The notes under the pieces are model-generated. The model did not search any database. It was not told where the DNA came from and was given only the letters and a program-made list of their open reading frames with translations. Position numbers and translations under genes: made by a program. Shown here one piece after another: positions 61,738 to 64,000 of a stretch of 64,000 bases of DNA. The stretch comes from Octopus sinensis. Lineage: Eukaryota. Every line of letters starts with the position of its first letter. The stretch's first letter is position 1. Location of the stretch: NCBI RefSeq assembly GCF_006345805.1, contig NC_043016.1:7998001-8062000 (forward strand), given 5' to 3'.

Positions 61738-62171
61738 CACACACATTACTTACCAAGTTTTGATACCTTTTTTATACATATTTGAGAGTTAAATCTTATG
61801 GATTTGTCAGAAAATGAATGACAATCTTTATGAGCCCTTTTGTCTTTCGAGACTACTGAGAAGAAAGAAGAGATAAAGTTATTCTTTCTGTTGGCGCCTT
61901 GCCTGAATGCGTTCAATAGAGTGTATTCTTTTTATAGAATATGGTTGACCAAAGTTTTGTAGGTGAATCTGACAGTTGGAAACTGAAAGAAGCCCATTGT
62001 GTGGTGTGTGTGTGTGTGTCTGTTTTTCATAGTGTTGACATCATGCATTAATTGTGAGCATGCTTTACTGTTAGTGACTTTTGTTCACAATCTTCTGTGA
62101 AAACCTGTCTGTACTACAGATAAAAACACTACTTTGCTTGGAAATGGTTGACAGTGACAGTAACAAATATC

Positions 62172-62500
62172 ATCATCATCATCGTTTAACGTCCACTTTC
62201 CATGCTAGCATGGGTTGGACAGTTTGACTGGGGTCTGGGAAGCCAGGAGGCTGCACCAGGCCCAGTCTGATCTGGCAGTGTTTCTACAGCTGGATGCTCT
62301 TCCTAATGCCAACCACTTCGTGAGTGTAGTGGGTGCTTTTTACGTGCCACCGGAGGCTGGCAAAGGCCACGATCGGTTGGTGCTTTTTACATGCCACCGG
62401 TGCTGAGGCGGCGCTGGCAACAGCCACGTTCAGATGGTTCTTTTACATGCCACCGGCACTGGTATTACAACTACAATTTCCATTGATTTTTGATTGATAT
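62172..62500 (-). mobile_element. SINE-like family C copy
   Basis: Reverse-complement homolog of 27632-27990, including the AATCAATGGAAATTGTAGTTG 5' part. Confidence 0.85.
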
Positions 62501-62908
62501 TGCCCACGAGGGTGCTAAACATATTGGGGACAAACAGGACAGGCAAGGGGATTAAGTCGATTACATCAACCTCCCCAGTGCATAACTGGTACTTATTTAA
62601 TCGACCCCGAAAGGATGAAAGGCAAAGTCGACCTCAGTCAAATGACTGAAACAAGTAGATGAGAGAATGAGATATATATGTGTGTGTTCATGTGTCTCTG
62701 TTTGTTCCCCCCTCCCCCACGTCATCACTTGACAACCGATGCTGGTGTGTTTACGTCCCCGTAACTTAGTGGTTCGGCAAAATAGAACGATAGAATAAGT
62801 ACTAGGCTTACAAAGAATAAGTCCTGGGGTCATTTTGCTCGACTAAAAGGCGGTGCTCCAGCATGGTCGCAGTCAAAATGACTGAAACGAGTAAAAGAGT
62901 AAAAGAGA
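62500..62908. mobile_element. Family A fragment (minus) abutting family B 3' parts (plus)
   Basis: GAAAGGCAAAGTCGACCTC is joined directly to AGTCAAATGACTGAAACAAGTA, followed by a family B 3' half. Confidence 0.75.
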
Positions 62909-63184
62909 CGACAAAGCAAGACTCTCTCGGCCCGTTAGATACAGAGGCGGTTAGTTTCCTTGTAGAGTTTAGTTAAAGGATAAGTAACATTAACAGCAGT
63001 GATAGGAATACAGCATAAGTGTGTATATTTATTTGCTTGTAAATATATATATATATATATATATACATACAGTGAGTCTGTTGACAGTATATCAACTGCT
63101 GGGTGTTAAAATTCCCTGTCCGTGTCCTGAATGAGTTTACAGATTTTGTTGTTTAAACAGGATATAGATATTAATCTCCTGCAG

Positions 63185-63262
63185 AACATTCTTGGTTGGT
63201 GCCAAGACATTTTGCTTATGACATTGCAGACCTGGTTTGTCCAGTTGTCGGTGGTGGGGATG
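63185..63262 (+). CDS. Candidate symmetric phase-1 exon (HSWLVPRHFAYDIADLVCPVVGGGD)
   Basis: Acceptor taatctcctgcAG, donor ATG|GTAATA, 78 nt, GC-richer than its flanks, protein-like composition. Not recognised. Confidence 0.45.
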
Positions 63263-63599
63263 GTAATATCGGCTCACGTTAAGGACTTGATATGGCGCAC
63301 ACTGTATTCGTTATGATAAACAAGTTTCTCTGATTCTATTGTAGCAGTTACCTTGTGACTTAAATTTGATTATGTGCACATGCACGTATGCAAAAGCACT
63401 TACATTCATCAACAGCTTGCATATGCTAAAATGCATTTTATTTATATCTATGTATCTCTCTCTCTCTCTCTCCCTCTCTCTCTCTATGTCATATTAAGAA
63501 AAGTGGGTCATGCAACAGTATAACATGCTAGACCCAAACCAACAAGGGAGTTTCACTCTTGTCTTGTGACCTGCTAGATGTAGCAGCCATATTTCTTCC

Positions 63600-63644
<45 letters not shown>

Positions 63645-63825
63645 GCACATATACATTGGGTGGTGTGTGTGTGTGTGTGGTTGAGTGATTAGTGCTCTGG
63701 ACTGTGATCATGAGACACAGGGTTCGATTTTCCTACACTAAGCAGTGTGTTGTTTAGTCTTTGAAAGCAAAGCACTTAATTTTGTGTTGTTTCAGTCTAC
63801 TCTGGTGTACTACACTATTACCTAT

Positions 63826-64000
63826 TTCTTTACTGCCCACAAGTGGCTAAACACAGAAGGGACAAACAAGGACAGACAAACGGATTAAGTCGATTATGTT
63901 GACCCCAGTGATTAACTGGTACTTATTTAATTGACTCCGAAAGGATGAAAGGTAAAGTCGACTTCGGAGGAATTTGAACTCAGAACGTAGTGGTAGACGA
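63826..64000 (-). mobile_element. SINE family A, truncated by the window edge
   Basis: Core present, and it begins with the TACCTATTTC junction-type sequence. Confidence 0.85.

Noticed and set aside
26964-61858. A minus-strand gene built from candidate exons 61858-61757, 36473-36369, ~29990-29930 and ~27025-26980
   Set aside because: Each has plausible splice signals and an open frame, but the peptides are unrecognised and K/S-rich. Such candidates arise readily by chance in AT-rich DNA, and there is no independent support.

Overview
Eukaryotic, AT-rich, repeat-dense animal genomic DNA with two 100-N scaffold gaps (15098-15197, 60372-60471). The SINE and microsatellite landscape resembles my recollection of octopus (cephalopod) genomes; this is an inference, not a database result. 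No gene could be named. Most computed ORFs are artefacts of simple repeats. Recognisable content: at least six tRNA-derived or SINE-like families, a Tigger/pogo relic, a decayed Tc1/mariner (DD41D-like, DUF4817-type) transposon interrupted by a SINE, RTE and CR1/L2-like LINE 3' ends, and MITEs (GG-terminal with 8-bp TSD, piggyBac-like TTAA, hAT). Scattered splice-site-bounded candidate exons may belong to a large plus-strand gene with a promoter near 3.45 kb. The most interesting observations are: a ~71-copy, 45-bp palindrome-rich satellite grown inside a piggyBac-like MITE; a Penelope-type minimal hammerhead ribozyme motif; a perfect T-shaped three-way DNA hairpin; a MITE bracketed by a 134-bp duplication that copies a candidate exon; and SINE concatemers sharing one junction at three loci.
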